A stretch of DNA of 64,000 nt from Eledone cirrhosa (lineage: Eukaryota), in the NCBI GenBank assembly GCA_964016885.1, contig OZ024743.1:243598001-243662000 (forward strand), in the 5' to 3' direction. Position numbers and translations under genes: made by a program. Positions 60,529 to 64,000 of this stretch are shown here, one piece after another; positions within the stretch are counted from its first letter, which is position 1, and each line of letters opens with the position of its first letter. The notes beneath the pieces were generated by a model that saw only the letters and a program-made list of their open reading frames with translations, searched no databases and was not told where the DNA came from.

Positions 60529-62269
60529 CTGAAATATAGAATAAGAGAATATACAACTAGACTTACATTTTTAAACTTACATTTCCCACTGAAATATAAA
60601 ATAAGATGTAGACAGCTAGACTTACTCTTTCATTTCCATATTTCTAATCAAATACACTGCCTATGTTTTTCAATTAATTTTGTAAATAATCAACAATTTG
60701 AAGACAGTTAGTAAAATAATTAACCATATGATTAACCCTTTAGCATCCAGAATTCTCTCACCTCTTTCTGTTCAAACCAGCTGCTCATACTTATATTAAG
60801 GTACTGTTCTCAAAATAAATAATATTAAAATTTCATAGGATCAATATTATGTGAGATAAAGCCCTTACCATGAAAATACAATAGTAAATATAGAGTAATA
60901 TAAATGATAAAGGGCTAAACTGGCATTTAGTAGATATCTTCCATAACATTATTTTTTATTTAAATATGAATACTTTAAAAGGTTGAAGAGCAAAGTTGAC
61001 CTCAGTGGGATTTGAACTCAGAACATAGAGGGCTGAAACAAATACTGTAAAGCATTAGTCTGATGTTCTAATGATTCTGCCAACAATAACAATAATAATT
61101 ATTTCAAACATAGGCACAAAGTCTCAAATTTTGGAGAGGTAAGATATAGTTGACTATATCAAACTCAGTAGTTGACAGGTACATTATTTTATTGACCTCT
61201 GGAAGGATGAAAGGCAAAGTTGACCTCAGCAGGATTTAAACTTAGAACTTAAAAAGCTGGAACAAATACTGCAAGGTATTTTTGCCAATCCACCAACCTT
61301 AAAATAATTGTTTCTACTTTTGGCACAAAACCCACAATTTTGGTGGGAGGGGATTAAACCAACCTCAGTACTTTACTGGTACTTTATATTAACTCTGGAA
61401 CGGTGCAAGGCAAATGTTAACCTTGGTAGGATTTGAAACTAGAATGTAAAAATGCATAACTGAATGTTGCAAAGCATTCTGTCCAATGCTCTAACGATTC
61501 TGCCAAATACAAGGCCTATAACTATTGTAATAATGACGATAATAATAATAATAATAATAAAAAAAACAATAGAAAAGCCCAGCTCAGTAGATGATATGTC
61601 CCATACCAGAGTTGTATTAATAAGTGTGATGATAGTGGAGGTGGTGGTCTCAGATACTGGATTGGATATGGAATCAGAGAGTAGGAGATTGGCAGGTAGA
61701 TTCAGCAACAGACTGTGGGAGTAAAACATAAGAAAAAGTTCTTTATTAATGATGAAAAAATAAATGCATAGATGTAGTATGCATATTATTATATAAGAAT
61801 TATCTTAAGTAGAAGAGCTTGTAAACTTAGTAAAGTGTTTGGCAAATGAACAGAGACAAAATAGGGTAGAGAAGGTTCTTTAGTAACATCAAGGACTTGA
61901 CGTCTCTACTGTTGGTACTACAATAAAAATGCACCCTGTAAACTCATCATCATCATCACCATCATTTAATGTATATTTTCCATACTTGGAAAATGAACAG
62001 ACAACATAGGACAGAGAGGACTTGACAACCTCTCTAGAATTGGTGTCATGATAAAAATGCCTCCTGTACACTATATAATGTGGTTGGCAAATTGAGACAA
62101 CATACTGTAGAGAAGACTCTTTAGTTACATTAAAGACTTGACAACTTCTCAAGTGTTGATGCCATGACAAAATGCACACCCAGTACACTCTGTAAAGTGG
62201 TTGTTGCCCAATATGGCATGCATGATTGAGATTTATTTACTATAAGTAAAGTGTAAATATACATCATAC

Positions 62270-64000
62270 TCTTTTCGTTCTCTTCTTCGTCCACATATTC
62301 CTGTCAGAAGCAACCATCTCCAATTGATTTGACAGGATCCCCAAGTGAGACCAGCTAAGCACATGGATGTTATCCAACCATCTTGCTTGGGGGTCTACCT
62401 CTGGGTCTCCTGCCTGTTGGTTTTGCCTATAAAATCTGTCCAGCAATTCTTTCCCCGAGACATTCAAACCACATGCCTGTAATATGAGAGATGTGATCTC
62501 TCAATTCAGAGAAGTAGCAGCTCTACCTGGAGAGACACTCTGATCTCTGAGCTACGCACTCTATTCAGTAATGTTACTCCAAAGACTCTTTGAAGGAACC
62601 CCTTTCAATTGCTTGTATTCGCGATCATATTCTTTTGGTTATTACCCAAGATTCACGACCATAGGTAGATCCCTCTATAATTGGAGCAATTTCTCATCTC
62701 CCTTTTTGAAAATTGGGATTATCACACCTGATTATTATTGCTTAGGTGCCTCTCCAGAGATCCAGGTCACCTGGTACACCAGAGTTACTTTAAAGTTTTT
62801 AACATCCTGGACTAAATTTCAACCTCCCCAGCAGCCTTGCCACATTTGAGTTCTTTAATTGCTCTTGTGACTTCAGCCTCCAAGAGATTAGTCATTACTC
62901 TCAGATGCACCATGTGTGCATCAGAGATATTGTGATCAGCAAAGTATTCTCTCCAACTTGTAAGGATGCACCTCTGTGAAGAGAGGAGAGCCCCCAGGAA
63001 TGTTCTTGATAGCGTTCCTGATAGCAGGTATGGAGGAGGACTTCTTATTACGAAGTCGGCGGATGGTCTGCCAGAACAATGATCTGAAGTTGGATTCCAG
63101 TTTAACCCCAAAGTCCTCCCATGTCTTAACTTTAGACGCCTTTACTGTTTCTGTTTGTGCCACAAGTGCAAGAACTTATTTCCAAGCCAAGCTTTGTAGG
63201 CCTCCTTCTTTGTTCAGATGGCATCTTTGACCTCTTGAGGTCCTCCTGCTTTTGTCTGCAGTATTCAACAGCGGAAGCAGAAACTGTCGAGCTGAACAGT
63301 CTCCACTCTGTTTCAACATCCTAAGAGTTCTTTGAATTTGGATGCAATAGTATCTGCATACTTCATCTTGACTTCCTTATACACTAACGCTTCCTGCTTT
63401 ATCCTGTAGGTTGTCCTGGACAATACCAGTTTTGTGGGTTTCTTTGGCTTTATGTAGTCTCAGGTGCAGATAACTAGAAGGTGATCAGTTGACAGCTCAG
63501 CCCCCGCTCTTAACATGAACATTCAGCTCAGAATTAAAGAGATCAGAGACAATAACAAAATCAATTATTGATCTCTGTCTTTGATTCCCCTTATACCATG
63601 TATATTTATGGATGTCTCTGTGTTGGAAGGGGATGTTTATAACAGAGAGTCCATTGCTGATCAGAAGTCTAAGGCCTCTCCACTCATATTTCGATAGGGG
63701 TTGCTATTCCTTCAAATCACTCTTTCTATGTCAGGTGGTTAGAGCCAACACATGAATTGAAGTCTTCCATTAGGATATATGGCTCAGTCTTAACTACATC
63801 TAATGCTGCTGTGACTTCATCAAAGAAGGACCTGTATTCAGACTCCATGTTTGGTGCTTAAACTTTCACCACCCACAGAGATCTATCTTTCAGCTTAAGC
63901 TTCAAGAGGCAAATACTCCCTTCTAATGGGATTCAGTCCATAATATTCTGACAGCCAGGGCTTGTTATTTTCCCTACTCCCGGCTGTGCACTCTTTTCTG
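62270..64000 (-). mobile_element. Degenerate, internally deleted Expander/Rex3-like RTE (APE, linker, 3' end)
   Basis: SIIDFVIVS, VKSGAELSTDHLLV, KVKTWEDFGVKLE, KLKCGKAAG-like motifs on minus strand; 3' end matches 50700-51140. Confidence 0.85.

Larger units (their letters stand above)
29880..60640 (-). other. Multi-exon gene or young pseudogene made of short exons; possible PX-like domain protein
   Basis: Candidate exons 60469-60528, 53448-53508, 49486-49545, 42859-42860, 41745-41916, 39625-39717, 37364-37417, 34752-34798, 30395-30449, 30169-30207, 29894-30001 have polypyrimidine acceptors, GT donors and compatible phases; AATAAA at 29880-29885. Confidence 0.6.

Overview
AT-rich eukaryotic genomic DNA, most likely from an octopus-like coleoid cephalopod. 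This is inferred from the dense CORE-type and Meta-domain tRNA-SINEs, RTE LINEs with (ATG)n tails, and (TA)n/(ATC)n microsatellites. Two convergent host transcription units are visible. (1) A + strand gene has small 5' leader exons (3037-3043, 3449-3518, 10203-10255) and one large coding exon (13569-15875, 768 aa, no recognised gene). Its C-terminus has two helical motifs resembling the MORC3/4 C-terminal tail. (2) A - strand gene of short exons (about 60640 to 29880), largely invisible to the ORF track, may encode a PX-like domain. Its frame runs through an apparent 2-nt microexon, and its 3' end has an in-frame TGA and a GG acceptor. The rest is mobile DNA: young RTE copies with a PHD finger inside the RT region (two form a ~1.3-kb inverted repeat), a gag-less Gypsy element, Tigger, mariner- and piggyBac-like MITEs, and Helitron, CR1 and Penelope relics. 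Ribozyme-like motifs include a near-canonical HDV-like fold at 35686-35776 and several hammerhead cores, two of them back to back on opposite strands at 54469-54682. All gene models, folds and family names were read by eye and need computational confirmation.
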